Sequence record: OR545507.1
Direction: 5' to 3' (one strand)
DNA: 64,000 nucleotides
Shown: positions 30,501 to 39,064 of the stretch, piece after piece
Position numbering within the stretch: the first letter of the stretch is position 1
Layout: each line of letters begins with the position of its first letter
The notes under the pieces: model-generated
What the model was told of the DNA's origin: nothing
Databases searched by the model: none
Seen by the model: the letters and a program-made list of their open reading frames with translations, nothing else
Program-made: the position numbers and the translations under genes

Positions 30501-31556
30501 GAAGCAGAAATAGTTGACAATGACCTATCTGATGGTGATAAGGTGATGATTTTCACTCCTGATGGTGAAGATTTTGTGAGATATCAAAATCACACATGGG
30601 AAACAATCTTGCGTGTATCTAACATCAAAAACAATACAACTCCGATCCTATTCACTGTAAGAAATACAGGTAAGGAAACGATTGAATTGATTGATGAGAG
30701 TACTGGTGCAGTTCTCCGTTATGATAACATCACTCTTGCACAACAAAATGAGCCAGTACAGCCTCTAGCATTGAACATTGTTCGTGTTAGAACATTTGCT
30801 GACCCTGAATTTGTCAAGAATGGTATTAAATTGTATGAACAAAATAGAAATTACACCATTGATGTAATTAATTATGATGTTTTCTACGATACTACTTTAA
30901 ATGGTGGTAAGTACAATGACGGAATAACACCAGATGACGTTGACGTTTGGATAATCTCTAATGAAATATTTGATGTTGATGGAATTACTATCGATAACGG
31001 TTATAACTTACCAATTACGGGTGCGGGAGTTCTTAGTGAATTGGCAAGAACTAAAATGACTGATAGTTTAGAAATCAACGTTATCGAATATGATTCAAGT
31101 GTTATTCAACCGTTTAGAAATAATGAAGGGATATGGGTTTATGGATTCCCAATGGTTGACGGTATGTATATCGGTGTTGTTGGTGGTACTGTTACTAACA
31201 TCACAACCATTAGTGAAGAAAATACAACCTATGTTTCTCAACCTAAATCAATAAGTCCTTATAGTATTAGAAATAATGTTTTATCCGGTTCAGCCGCAAA
31301 CATGAATGATATTATATCGATTGGATATGAAAAAGTTGAAGTTAGAAATGCAAATAATTTACTCCGTGGTGTAATGTATAGTGCAGAACATGATTTTAAA
31401 CTTAATACTACATATTCTTTCAATGGAATTAATTTAGGTAATTATGATATGTTAAAACGTTACACACAAAATAGTTACACTATAGATCTTTCAGTATACA
31501 CTGATAGTCTACAAGTTAGTGGTAATGATATTAAAAATATATTATTAGTTAAGTAA
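21585..31556 (+). CDS. giant baseplate wedge protein (gp7-like, ~3320 aa)
   Basis: Start moved to ATG 21585 (GGAG at 21573); follows gp6; N-terminal RLPEW and C-proximal YFEEVKPYRTKIRS motifs typical of jumbo-phage gp7-like proteins. Confidence 0.6.
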   Translation: MTNNFKFQPTQMAEAVQKKLFIKRLPEWMQGLEDIQKVSDDVIQQWFNPAENELVDGYIGDMGSPAAAGNIFLHESTVARQLYQLSTAYVSKNDDSTIRSIQFYDDLVGYMNHYGALTDNESRLFNGKFYAWTPAINPNKMNNFSSYLWDTKNSYNITSPDYIVMERGALNGNTWSLQNFWYTLGETLEDGSILTEELMQDSRFIRARAPIIEYNKNIELINYGTKFRGTVDLFSDIIKPEDIVQKDINSGIRIDGIIPQDGMRILFTSIGNNGENNRIYNVYVKKMQDGTRVYGLALDPEEETESRPSGEPQDGDVVLITKGNEYGNSSMYWNGSLWVRAQSKTSVNVFPKFQLYDRNGIKLDNSTTYPSSNFKGSELFGFKINYNYATDSVYGYNIELGDYNYYIYENFLQSQRYTYDHLGKEVEIDGLYYYNIIDENNEMNLQTDWVRSEEYSKQFVKQTPQVQRTDMYRVFSTVYDMEVFKEPVDGMYAYVIEVDRTYQYYKADRETYLDWHPITGDGVQIVKYDHTFELAQKVLDNDSDIIEVVVDGVDVSKYTKNVSKGQVQSITLDSTVELDEDSVIQIRTYSSTVTPNKELGAYEVPINLQNNPYNSNIIYINQGDYTLHFQDIIQKNITRGSSDDFNDYEERLAKGLVNNGVGTKIIQNEASMLPLMAHTANEDIDLFEATMFMQSEYFRFINKFNTQMLRMYDENPSDFLQNSAANIVDAILTTINMGRDSSFPFYYDNVGSTSGFIRAFIPPTPQFLGILQAYVPEKATFLTAGSKPSCYNISHTGIISKAYRVINGVDKMDDVVYELENRIFNSIDNKFKDVDYVPVLNSDDLFPTPYFTKTEYSAEEKQTLLLRGYINFTATNGISNSTHDYDPNNWRTWNYTGTYYVVNGQSTEIPARGSWRAIYTDQYGTYRPATHPWEMFGFTQRPTWWNQEYEPTAVQVGERDSDVVYVYEALVMNEQGDLVPSGLWDIDGTIGDSSTGTILFGDRRGQYDKYKRFGVQPFKITKTGNKTSSGIDICVVEYIAPEILGLVSGSLNHRAEPWTYGDMGDMEFTYMNTTLFAYDQMMLLYKAKPAQFANYFWDTRNDNLKEVFTDGSQFLYGDTRKRINFDKNTVVHGENSTRTIGYQMFVSDHLMYQNKNITTKYGDVVRSSYINVGHKIGGFTKADQLTFNAKSFGLISQENQTIGLVRSNNIRDEQMSAIKITWNGSAYQIDGYDLVGAKFKYKLPVKNGRKVTLKLENRNVVHYNEWKSEASIEYGKVFNSYQEVYTFICGYGEYLKEHGWIFEDVNDSGAQQDWNTIAKDFVIWSQNSLVTGEFISCTPSAANAKFGADFGSVQSITQNNGGVWSLLDDNNQGIRQYEIETSRIGNIFTVRTLESNKRIALIRLSLCSYEHAVIFDDKTIFGDYIYQPTYGSIQELIKMYGYITGSWTGRLQAPGFIILEAGTLPSFEKLVSDFQHYYDSETPVSDVQLQELSNHLIGYQSRDYLQRMISSDVSRVDFYKGFIHDKGTNQVLERVLRVSKSYDTDEYKALQEWAFKIGTYGNIDGKKNLQFKLINDQFKQQPQMVSFDVNATSNGNGNHIVYFGEQGKDPRWITRPNGKFSFPMRSGRSENIQLPDIGPVTLDEVSYTTKDFSTAYNDRITYTNGKGENPESVWMFKDGNGLWNIFELVDTNVQMVSITPIENTDVYAEQFCKVTLTDNVPLEDGDYYYFVDETNFMPDTLTVESQYYTAGSDPKVMVVPFDTSIDIEFTDPDTRPRLYRYVSRFASTDDRQAYIDKKYSFKAPQSTLFDRPTTYDERTNITELYLNVYDPINGVIPGAAMQNVTYTSPVDPAQYNSNGELIQAWGADKVGQVWWNTSTAFYLDYTRAIYDADGNVDIDATNEYKRYNWGRLLPHSTIDVLEWVCSPVEPYNWDKYCKDVAKKNKNNTMYLPSGTALEDNYSTFLEYDSSTDSYVTKYYFWVRDTIYVPPLHTRTKSCTDIARIIKDPTQLNIPWFAPINENSFILSNMQFKVNDDTSILTVSYYMDSTEVVKHDQYQLCKEGDSYNFNPLIWDSMWNSLIGQETTESGSVINLLYPDVDNGLGSNKTWFQNVIEARRNFVESANNYYRSQNITTNSVVMEDVFNVKTTEVNPNEVSFRVLSYNNELVIAVESDKFKENDAVILSTSGYLPNPLTSSAVYFIHFDENGYIQLMNSPANAGSVVTITLENKGEGQHKMIKQSDYVESLGTSLDMTQYWSYADWYDVGYDSNTTYTQESSLEDANTKNYQVGDIIRVTDSENIWTLYIKSQSRDSIYWKAIGRENSTVELNDMLYADYSVHNDNGSLSNREINVRKALALLKNSFDLHQSEIVFDMVKYVHVEQSVVDWVFKTSYIYIVGLEQSLVQNYSNDNLINQIVEYFEEVKPYRTKIRSQIEQKTSDDDLIKGLCNDLDPNGYIFVDGSWIKTEKDIWDYEYAQFNEITQKWEQVGSLPSDFVTPNRRFQEIDIIMHYDNIQCKPNEDLASINELVSVNNKYQSNEKDAVSNYELQRYIYSFPEYSEETFDLLIAYQMQIYYPELDVTLGTAYGVNQWYKDHAEDLEATDEFTATLERVYKESTHNDMFTDLRQYVQYNTLANRLKLYKDISDEKIHDEVGCGFSGLTYNDNPSTRLPLGFSSSNDYNYGYFEISSELYQKYISLIKDKNPDASDYEVKVKLEVEYGVYVYRYDEVGGDTRFYTDAIHVLAGMRGLFDKDATDKYEKAEEILSKTPIDIYAITMIPRKYVYLNVNGVYQSIPDEQSIDDFMEDYFITNGEMVELAEINLDDLPLDQNNPMYSDYQYILDSITEAKYFNDMNAFDNLALESQTSSIKWEVKDDEVDPYIVDISDINPSGRDVGQIRFTVDGYGFDNVSLVQLRDNSRYQTEGMAIINPYKHTEAIVSIPSYAKIENDINKTTSKFDEKYFYRVRSINSLTEAEIVDNDLSDGDKVMIFTPDGEDFVRYQNHTWETILRVSNIKNNTTPILFTVRNTGKETIELIDESTGAVLRYDNITLAQQNEPVQPLALNIVRVRTFADPEFVKNGIKLYEQNRNYTIDVINYDVFYDTTLNGGKYNDGITPDDVDVWIISNEIFDVDGITIDNGYNLPITGAGVLSELARTKMTDSLEINVIEYDSSVIQPFRNNEGIWVYGFPMVDGMYIGVVGGTVTNITTISEENTTYVSQPKSISPYSIRNNVLSGSAANMNDIISIGYEKVEVRNANNLLRGVMYSAEHDFKLNTTYSFNGINLGNYDMLKRYTQNSYTIDLSVYTDSLQVSGNDIKNILLVK

Positions 31557-31558
31557 TA

Positions 31559-31590
31559 AAAAAAGGAGAGCATTATGCTCTCCTTTTCTT
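31559..31590. terminator. bidirectional terminator between the giant wedge gene and clpA
   Basis: AAAAGGAGAGCA-tta-TGCTCTCCTTTT. Confidence 0.9.
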
Positions 31591-31593
31591 TTT

Positions 31594-33882
31594 TTATACT
31601 AGTGCTTTATCTACAGCTTTGGTACGTTTCGGCTTAATATCGATTTTACCATCAATAACATCAAATGTAATGTTACCACCATTCACAAGTGAACCACACA
31701 ACATTTCTTTAGCTAGTGGTACACGAATGTTTTGTTCAATGGTACGTTTCATTGGACGTGCACCCATACCAACTTTTACCCCATTTTTCGCAAGCCATTC
31801 ACGTGCAGCTTTTGTCAATGTAACTTTAACATTACGGTCTTTGACTTGTTCATTCAAACCACCCATGAACTTATCAATGATGCTGTCAATAGCTTCACTG
31901 CTTAGGTCTTTAAACGTAACGATACTATCAATACGGTTAATAAACTCTGGTGGCAAGAATGCTTTAATTGCCTTGTCCTGTGCAGTGTCACTACCGCTCA
32001 TACCAATGCTACGCTTTGTTGAATCAGCCGCACCAAGGTTTGTAGTCATAATAACAGTTACGTTATTAAAATATACAGTTTTACCTTGAGAACCAGTCAG
32101 ACGACCTTCATCCAAAACCTGTAGGAAGGTTAGTAGTACTTTACGATCTGCTTTTTCAATTTCATCAAGTAACAGTACTGCATTAGGGAACTGCTCAATT
32201 TTATCCAACAGTAAACCGTTACCAGAATCATGACCAACATAACCTGGAGGTGAACCAATTAGTTTAGAAACAGTATGTTCTTGAGAAAATTCTGACATAT
32301 CAAAGCGAATGAGTTCCGCACCAGTTGCGTCTGCTAATGCTTTGGTAATTTCTGTTTTACCAGTACCAGATGGTCCAACAAACATAAATGCACCCTGAAC
32401 ACTAGATTTGTCACGCAGTCCTGCACGAGCTACCATCACGTTATCAACTAATTTTTGAATAGCTTCCTCTTGACCGTATACACGTGAGCGTAGTGCATCT
32501 GGTAGATTACGCATACGATCACTTTCAGTACATGCAACCACGTTGATATCCAAATTGGCAATACCAGCAACAACTTCTTGAATCAAATTGGCAGTAATAA
32601 GCTTACTATTGTTGTCACGTGAACGAACTTTAGCCGCAGCAGCATCCATTAGATCAATTGCTTTATCTGGGAAGTGCTTATTCTTCAGGAATTTATCACT
32701 GAGAGAAATTACAGCATCCATTGCATCAGATGTGAACTCAACATTATGGAATTTTTCATACGTTGGTTTCAAACCATTAACAATTGCACGAGTTTCATCA
32801 ATTGTCGGCTCAACTACGTCAATTTTCATAAAACGACGAGTTAATGCACTATCTTTCTCGATATTTTTACGATATTCATCATATGTTGTTGCACCAATTA
32901 CACGAATCTCACCACGTGAAAGTGCTGGCTTAAGCATATTGCTCATGTCCATAGAACCATTACTTGCGGAACCAGCCCCAACCATAATATGAATTTCATC
33001 AATGAAAACAATAGTATTTTCACGTTTCTTTAGTTCTTTTAGCAAATTGTCGATGCGTTCTTCAAATTCACCACGATACTTAGTACCAGCAGTCAATGCA
33101 CCAACATTTAGTGAAAGAATTTCAACGTCTTTTAGGTGTTCAGGTACGTTACCATCAGCAATAGCTTGTGCAAGCCCGTCGATGATTTGTGTTTTACCTA
33201 CACCAGCTTCACCAGTGAGAATAGCATTCTTTTTGGTTTTGCGAGCAAGAGTCTCAATCAATGCAGACAATTCTTTCTGGCGACCAATCATAGGATCTAG
33301 TTTGCCTTCTTTTGCAAGAGCAGTTAGATTCGTTGTATAGTCTTCCAAACCTTTTTGTTTAGATGATTGCTGCTGTTGGGCCACTTTTTTATCTCCAATC
33401 GGTTCGTCATTAATACTTTGTAAGTTGATACCCTTATCAAGTGACTCAACGTGTTTCTGTAATGCACGTGCAGCTTCAGTACAGCTAACACCTTCTTCTT
33501 TTAACGCAGCTTCTAGTGCTGTGTTAGGGAAAGACAGACATTCGAATAGAACAAAATATGCATCAATCGAAAAATCATCACTTTTTAGTTGTTCAATAAC
33601 TGATTTTTTAGAAAGCTCATGTACAACGCGATTCACTAGAAGTGAAGTGCGATTCGCGTCTTCATCTTTAACACTTTTTGGTGCATGTGGAACTGTTGTA
33701 TTTTTAAGATAGTTCATTAGGCGGTTGTGCAGTTTGTCTGCATCAATGTTCATATCTTCAAATACGTTCTTGATGCTATCAATAGTCAGTACTGTGGCAC
33801 TTACGTGGTCAATAGTCAAGAATGTATGACCTAGAGATGTTGCCAGTTCGTCGCTTTTTTTGAACAATTGAGTAAGATTCAT
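31594..33882 (-). CDS. clpA: ClpA-family Hsp100 AAA+ unfoldase
   Basis: N-domain HTFLTIDH; Walker A GEAGVGKT and GPSGTGKT, Walker B FIDEIH and LLDEIEK; no M-domain; SIGM ClpP-docking-like loop; MGARPMKR...GSLVNGG; start moved to ATG 33882 (AGGAG RBS). Confidence 0.92.
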   Translation of the reverse strand: MNLTQLFKKSDELATSLGHTFLTIDHVSATVLTIDSIKNVFEDMNIDADKLHNRLMNYLKNTTVPHAPKSVKDEDANRTSLLVNRVVHELSKKSVIEQLKSDDFSIDAYFVLFECLSFPNTALEAALKEEGVSCTEAARALQKHVESLDKGINLQSINDEPIGDKKVAQQQQSSKQKGLEDYTTNLTALAKEGKLDPMIGRQKELSALIETLARKTKKNAILTGEAGVGKTQIIDGLAQAIADGNVPEHLKDVEILSLNVGALTAGTKYRGEFEERIDNLLKELKKRENTIVFIDEIHIMVGAGSASNGSMDMSNMLKPALSRGEIRVIGATTYDEYRKNIEKDSALTRRFMKIDVVEPTIDETRAIVNGLKPTYEKFHNVEFTSDAMDAVISLSDKFLKNKHFPDKAIDLMDAAAAKVRSRDNNSKLITANLIQEVVAGIANLDINVVACTESDRMRNLPDALRSRVYGQEEAIQKLVDNVMVARAGLRDKSSVQGAFMFVGPSGTGKTEITKALADATGAELIRFDMSEFSQEHTVSKLIGSPPGYVGHDSGNGLLLDKIEQFPNAVLLLDEIEKADRKVLLTFLQVLDEGRLTGSQGKTVYFNNVTVIMTTNLGAADSTKRSIGMSGSDTAQDKAIKAFLPPEFINRIDSIVTFKDLSSEAIDSIIDKFMGGLNEQVKDRNVKVTLTKAAREWLAKNGVKVGMGARPMKRTIEQNIRVPLAKEMLCGSLVNGGNITFDVIDGKIDIKPKRTKAVDKALV

Positions 33883-33922
33883 GTATTCTCCTATGTGATT
33901 CACGTCACTCTAATTAATAAAC

Positions 33923-33950
33923 ATTATATCACATTCTTACGGTTTGTCTA
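33923..33950 (-). promoter_or_regulatory. early-type promoter for clpA
   Basis: TAGACA-16 bp-TATAAT with TGa extended -10. Confidence 0.72.
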
Positions 33951-33955
33951 CAAGG

Positions 33956-33961
33956 TAAATA
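33956..33961 (+). promoter_or_regulatory. probable late promoter core (TAAATA) for the neck operon
   Basis: TAAATA 32 nt upstream of ATG 33993. Confidence 0.45.
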
Positions 33962-33992
33962 AAGATATACCCGATTTATTTTGGAGACAATC

Positions 33993-35486
33993 ATGACATA
34001 TAGAATGTGGAAAAAAGGTAGAACCAATGATTACAAGTTCATTGATTCTGCCATTGCTGAACAATACAACATTGGTGGAGTTGACATGTGGCTTTATGCA
34101 TATGTCGGTCCAAAACAAGTTGCTGACAACACTGACTTATCCTATGGAGGTGATTATACATCTTCAGGATCAGTTGTGTCAAGTATTGGCGATTTAATTT
34201 TTGGTGACACACCAAACAGAAACTACAACCTTGAAGCTATCACACTTAGTTGTGTCTATCAAGTTCAAGAAGCAACTCCAGACTTGAAAATCCCAGGATT
34301 GTTCTTTAATTTCAACACTATGGACATCACAATCCATTATAATACAATGATGCAGCGTTTAGGTAGAAAAATCATGCCAGGGGATGTGATAGAACTACCA
34401 AATTTACGTGATTTTGATGTATTTGGTAAAGATACAGGTCTAAACCGCTTCTATGTCGTCCAAGATGCATTTCGTACATCTGAGGGATACTCGGTTACGT
34501 GGCAACATCACATTTATAAACTTAGAGTTAAACCGCTAACCGACTCACCTGAGTACTCCGATTTACTCGGTAACAATAATTATCCTGATAATCCAGATGA
34601 CCCTAATAATGGTAATGGAAATACCGATGATGGTTCGTCGGAAAACAGTAACTATGGCAATGAAATGGATATCATGAACCGTATCATCATGCAAGCTGAT
34701 GATGAAGTACCCTATATTCATTATACAAACGAACATTTGTATGATGATCGACCTGATACAGTAGATTTATCAAAATATATGCTTAACGGTTATGATTTTC
34801 CAGAAGAACCTGCCGATGGAATGTATTTTTTGAAAAAAACATACCCAGTACTCAAAGAGTTTGTTAATGATACATGGATTTCTGTGGAAGTCAAGCGTGG
34901 AACCATCTTTCCCAGAAAACCAATGGATGGTGACTTCTTCTTTAAAGAAAATGACGCAGATGTGACAGGTTATACGTTGTATCAATATGATAAAAGTGCT
35001 AAAAAATGGTTAAATTGTGATGTAGAATATACTACCAGTGATGTTCCACCAGAAGATGTGGAAGATTTTTGTATTTTTTATAAAGAACCACACATTTATC
35101 AGTATAATGATGACAAGTGGGGGGAACCAAAGGTAACTTATGTCAATGAACCATTCACGTCCAATTGTGTATATGGTAATATTGATTCGCAACAAGATTA
35201 TCGTCCTAAAATTCCACCAGCACGAGGTACAGTCCCTGAAGGAAATATGTTCCCAACTGATGCAGTAGATGGTGACTATTTCTATCGCACCGATTATACT
35301 CCAGTTACGTTATGGGAATTCAATGCAACTAAGAATTCATGGGTTATTTTTGATTATGGTGGAAGAAAACCGTGGGAAGGTGCAGACTTAGCACTTACAC
35401 AGTTTGTAAATAGTGATAACAAAGTTCCATTACATGACGCAGTTAAACCTAATACTGTTTATCGCATACATAAGGACACAGAATGA
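33993..35486 (+). CDS. gp14: neck/head-closure protein (gp14-like) with C-terminal repeat extension
   Basis: Start moved to ATG 33993 (GGAG 33983); EQYNIGGVDMWLY, GRKIMPGDVIELP..FYVV..WQHHIYKLRVKP gp14-like core; precedes gp15. Confidence 0.65.
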   Translation: MTYRMWKKGRTNDYKFIDSAIAEQYNIGGVDMWLYAYVGPKQVADNTDLSYGGDYTSSGSVVSSIGDLIFGDTPNRNYNLEAITLSCVYQVQEATPDLKIPGLFFNFNTMDITIHYNTMMQRLGRKIMPGDVIELPNLRDFDVFGKDTGLNRFYVVQDAFRTSEGYSVTWQHHIYKLRVKPLTDSPEYSDLLGNNNYPDNPDDPNNGNGNTDDGSSENSNYGNEMDIMNRIIMQADDEVPYIHYTNEHLYDDRPDTVDLSKYMLNGYDFPEEPADGMYFLKKTYPVLKEFVNDTWISVEVKRGTIFPRKPMDGDFFFKENDADVTGYTLYQYDKSAKKWLNCDVEYTTSDVPPEDVEDFCIFYKEPHIYQYNDDKWGEPKVTYVNEPFTSNCVYGNIDSQQDYRPKIPPARGTVPEGNMFPTDAVDGDYFYRTDYTPVTLWEFNATKNSWVIFDYGGRKPWEGADLALTQFVNSDNKVPLHDAVKPNTVYRIHKDTE

Positions 35487-36826
35487 AAATAGATTATTAT
35501 TATGACGGTCAATTTCGCAGAGTACTGAAACATCTTATCAGAGTTTTTGGTGAATTTCAAGTACAAAATGGTATTGATGCTAATGGAAACCCAAAATACA
35601 AAAAGGTTCCATGTCGCTATGCCGATATTTCAAGAATGGCAGCAGCAATTATAAATGGGAATAGTGAAAATGTTCTCCCATCAGCACCTATAATGACCAT
35701 AAGTGTTAATCAACTAAAGTTGGATCGTAAAAATATTCGTTCTAATGCCAACGAAACTATAGTAATGGGGTCTAACAAGTCCCCTGCTATTAATGAGTAC
35801 ACAAAAGATCTTGACACACAATACAAAATTGTAAGACATAACCCAGTACCTTGGACTTTTACGTTTGATTTGAATATTTGGGTAACTCAAACTCAAACTA
35901 AAATGGAATTATTCGAACAAATCTCAACTTTGTTTGCACCTAGTATACAACTTCAATTATCTGATAACCCGTTAGATTGGACATCGCTTAGTGATGTTGA
36001 ACTAATAGATTGTCAGTTTTCTACTCGTGGTTTTCCACAAGGAACTGACCCAGATTTGGATATAATGGTTTTAACATTTGAAACGACAATATGGTTTTCT
36101 TTACCAGCTATTGTTGAAAAACCAAAATTAATCCAACAGATTACTACAAATATTAAAGGTGCTCGTGACGAATTTGATTTTGAAATGGGAAATTATTCAG
36201 ATATAATAACAGATGTTTTTACACCCAAGAATTTATGCATTAAAGTTGAAGAAATTACTAATTCCAAGTATAATTTACCTGATACATACCAACTTACCTT
36301 GGTTAGCCAATCGCTATCTGCGGTTTCTCCCAACGGTGGAATATATTCATGGGAAAAATATCTTAAATATCTAGAACCAAATTTTGATGACAAAAAAGTA
36401 GGGATTAAATTTCAACAATCTATTGAAGAAGACAACCCACTAAAAGGTCATATAGCGTCGTATGGTGAAAATGAAGATGCCAACAAAATTATAGTACAGC
36501 TTGATAATACCAATTATACTGTTGATTACACTATACATGGGTTTGTGCAGAAAGATTCAGTACTTTCAAGTGCATTACCTGAACAATATTATGTAAATAA
36601 CAGTATACATAACATCATTTATAAAGAAACCGAAATCCCATCAAATTATTTGTTTAAAATTACAAATGACGGTGCACAATTAATTGATCCATCTACTGTA
36701 CGAAATTACATTTATAATAAAGAAGACAATGGTTATTATAGATATAATGACAAATTTAAATGGCATAAAAGTATCATGCCTGTGTATCGTCAGGGATATT
36801 GGAAAATAACTTTCACTGACAAATAA
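35483..36826 (+). CDS. gp15: tail terminator / sheath stabiliser
   Basis: YYYDGQFRRVLKHLIRVFG, PVPWTFTFDLNIW...ELFEQISTLFAPS match the gp15 family. Confidence 0.82.
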   Translation: MKIDYYYDGQFRRVLKHLIRVFGEFQVQNGIDANGNPKYKKVPCRYADISRMAAAIINGNSENVLPSAPIMTISVNQLKLDRKNIRSNANETIVMGSNKSPAINEYTKDLDTQYKIVRHNPVPWTFTFDLNIWVTQTQTKMELFEQISTLFAPSIQLQLSDNPLDWTSLSDVELIDCQFSTRGFPQGTDPDLDIMVLTFETTIWFSLPAIVEKPKLIQQITTNIKGARDEFDFEMGNYSDIITDVFTPKNLCIKVEEITNSKYNLPDTYQLTLVSQSLSAVSPNGGIYSWEKYLKYLEPNFDDKKVGIKFQQSIEEDNPLKGHIASYGENEDANKIIVQLDNTNYTVDYTIHGFVQKDSVLSSALPEQYYVNNSIHNIIYKETEIPSNYLFKITNDGAQLIDPSTVRNYIYNKEDNGYYRYNDKFKWHKSIMPVYRQGYWKITFTDK

Positions 36827-36839
36827 AGGAGGTGTTGTT

Positions 36840-37304
36840 ATGAATGAAGCGGTTGGTGCTATATTTTTATCAAAAAGTACTGGACATATGATGTTAAACT
36901 TGCGTTCTGAAAGAAGTACCTATTCTAACAACTGGGCATTTGTTGGTGGAAAGCTTGAACATAACGAAACACCACTACAAGGTCTGATGCGAGAAATTAA
37001 AGAAGAGTTGGGCAACTCAATACCTAACATTATTGATATTATACCGTTTGATGTATTTTGTACAAAAAATGGTAAATTTAAATATTATTCATTTGTTATT
37101 GTAGTTGAGAATGAATTTGTACCAACTTTAAATCATGAAAGCTCTGGTTATGCTTGGGTTAGAATTGGTTCTTGGCCTAAACCATTACACCCTGGTGCTA
37201 AAAATACTTTACTTAACACAAACTTAATGAAAGATTTTTACTCACTATGGGAAAGTATACGTGAAGGTACACAGTTTGTCAACAGTTTACCATATAGATA
37301 TTAA
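36840..37304 (+). CDS. Nudix hydrolase
   Basis: Intact Nudix box GGKLEHNETPLQGLMREIKEELG. Confidence 0.9.
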   Translation: MNEAVGAIFLSKSTGHMMLNLRSERSTYSNNWAFVGGKLEHNETPLQGLMREIKEELGNSIPNIIDIIPFDVFCTKNGKFKYYSFVIVVENEFVPTLNHESSGYAWVRIGSWPKPLHPGAKNTLLNTNLMKDFYSLWESIREGTQFVNSLPYRY

Positions 37305-37307
37305 AAC

Positions 37308-37335
37308 AAAAAGGAGCCGTGTGGCTCCTTTTTTT
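37308..37335. terminator. bidirectional terminator
   Basis: AAAAAGGAGCC-gtgt-GGCTCCTTTTT between convergent genes. Confidence 0.9.
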
Positions 37336-38434
37336 ATACTCCAATAATCGGAATACCTGTAATATTTAACAACACGGATGCTTGTAGTTTAACGGATTCA
37401 CCAGCAGTTAGATTACTAATACTACCATCAACTCGAAAACCTAAATTTTTATTTGAGTTTAGAGAATTGATAACCCAATTTTCATAATCAGCTTTAGATG
37501 TTCCATTAGGATTTGGGATAGATGGATCTACACCATTAATAACAATATTTACGTCCCAGTTTGGGCGACTACTGGTAATAACATCTTTAATGGATTCTAA
37601 TTGTGTAATCCTACGTGGGTCTGGCATTTGACTTGCCCCCACCGAACCAGGAACAAAAGTTCCTTGATTATCTACATAAAATTGCCCTTTTATAAAAAAG
37701 GTTTTGGAATTGTATGGAAGAGAAACTATCTCACCAGAAGAATCATTTACTTCTCTAATCATAATTTTTAATTCATAGAAATAGTTGCTACCAAATTCAA
37801 AGACACCTGTACCATTAGTTAATGTTGTCCAGTTATTTGTATCTACTTGTGAAGTACCACCTAAGTTAAAATACGCAATCGGTTTAGTACTATTACTTTG
37901 TGTGAACTCTATATATTTTTTACCATTATCATAGTTAATATCTAATAATGATGAATACTCTTTGTTTTCTGGTCTAGATGTTTGAATTTCACGCCATTCT
38001 TTGTTTTTCATTAACACACGAAGAGAATCACCGTTACTAGTTAATACCATACGACCCATAACACTATTTTCACCATCAGGTACTGTGTTAAAAACAGTAA
38101 TCATAGGGATAGACGCCCATTCAGCTTCACTTACCATATCAGCAGGTTGTCTAGCATTATCAACTAATGATATCAATAACTCACCAGTACTACCAGTGTT
38201 TCTATACCAAAGTTGACCATTGACGTTGCCACGTGGTGCAGATGCTGAACTGAAATTTTCAACTAAATGTAAAAAGTTTTCATTCCATGCTTGACCGTAA
38301 CTTACTTTATTTCTACCAACTAAATTTAACGGAACTGGGTTACTTCCGGGCTGGTTTGGTCCTAAAATAACATTATTTGGAATGGTAGCATAAACACTAC
38401 CATTACTTCTATAAATTGTATAATTAACACTCAT
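37334..38434 (-). CDS. virion structural protein with gp9/gp10-like N-terminal motif
   Basis: LVGRNKVSYGQAWNENFLHLVENF resembles fibre-connector N-termini; late-promoter operon. Confidence 0.5.
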   Translation of the reverse strand: MSVNYTIYRSNGSVYATIPNNVILGPNQPGSNPVPLNLVGRNKVSYGQAWNENFLHLVENFSSASAPRGNVNGQLWYRNTGSTGELLISLVDNARQPADMVSEAEWASIPMITVFNTVPDGENSVMGRMVLTSNGDSLRVLMKNKEWREIQTSRPENKEYSSLLDINYDNGKKYIEFTQSNSTKPIAYFNLGGTSQVDTNNWTTLTNGTGVFEFGSNYFYELKIMIREVNDSSGEIVSLPYNSKTFFIKGQFYVDNQGTFVPGSVGASQMPDPRRITQLESIKDVITSSRPNWDVNIVINGVDPSIPNPNGTSKADYENWVINSLNSNKNLGFRVDGSISNLTAGESVKLQASVLLNITGIPIIGV

Positions 38435-38446
38435 TATATGTCCCCA

Positions 38447-39055
38447 TTATTGTAATTGTACACGAACTGTGTATTTAATTTGTAAGACACGGTTTGCACT
38501 TTTCTCAACTGGGTGAAAAATGATATGGGTTAAAGGAATACCACTATCGCCATCCGTGTATAATCCCAATTCATCAAACACATAAGTTCCATCCATGCTT
38601 GTCCCTGAGCTTACACCTTGGTCGGATGGTTCACCTAACCCTAGAGTACAAATACATACAATATCAGTATAGGACTGTCCTGGTATATGTACAGTTGTAA
38701 TATTATTGTATTGTGAATCAATACCTGCCGTAATTCGTGGGTTGATTTTTTTCAAATATGTTTGTGAATACAAACCACCAAATGATGTAACACGTGGTTT
38801 TTTATAAGTAACACGACCAGTACTTAAAACTACTGTACCACCATTACCAAAACGCATCTCGCTAATAGAACCAATAGGAATACCAGTACTGTCTTGATTA
38901 TATGCTAACGCATTAGCAATGGCAGTACTCATATTTTCAGGGTGAATAGCGTTAGATTTATCTAAAACGATTTTTTGATTTGATGGATCAGTAACGTCAG
39001 TAATTAGGACATGACCTTTAACAAATAGTTTTGGTTGTTCTGTTTCTAATTTCAT
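38447..39055 (-). CDS. putative baseplate/tail-fibre attachment protein
   Basis: C-terminal FDELGLY...THIIFHPVEKSANRVLQIKYTVRV resembles tail-collar/fibre N-domain folds. Confidence 0.45.
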   Translation of the reverse strand: MKLETEQPKLFVKGHVLITDVTDPSNQKIVLDKSNAIHPENMSTAIANALAYNQDSTGIPIGSISEMRFGNGGTVVLSTGRVTYKKPRVTSFGGLYSQTYLKKINPRITAGIDSQYNNITTVHIPGQSYTDIVCICTLGLGEPSDQGVSSGTSMDGTYVFDELGLYTDGDSGIPLTHIIFHPVEKSANRVLQIKYTVRVQLQ

Positions 39056-39064
39056 TTCTAATCC

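Noticed and set aside
21585-31556. Intein or read-through fusion explaining the 3320-aa protein
   Set aside because: No recognisable splice-junction or LAGLIDADG motifs and no internal stops in the standard code
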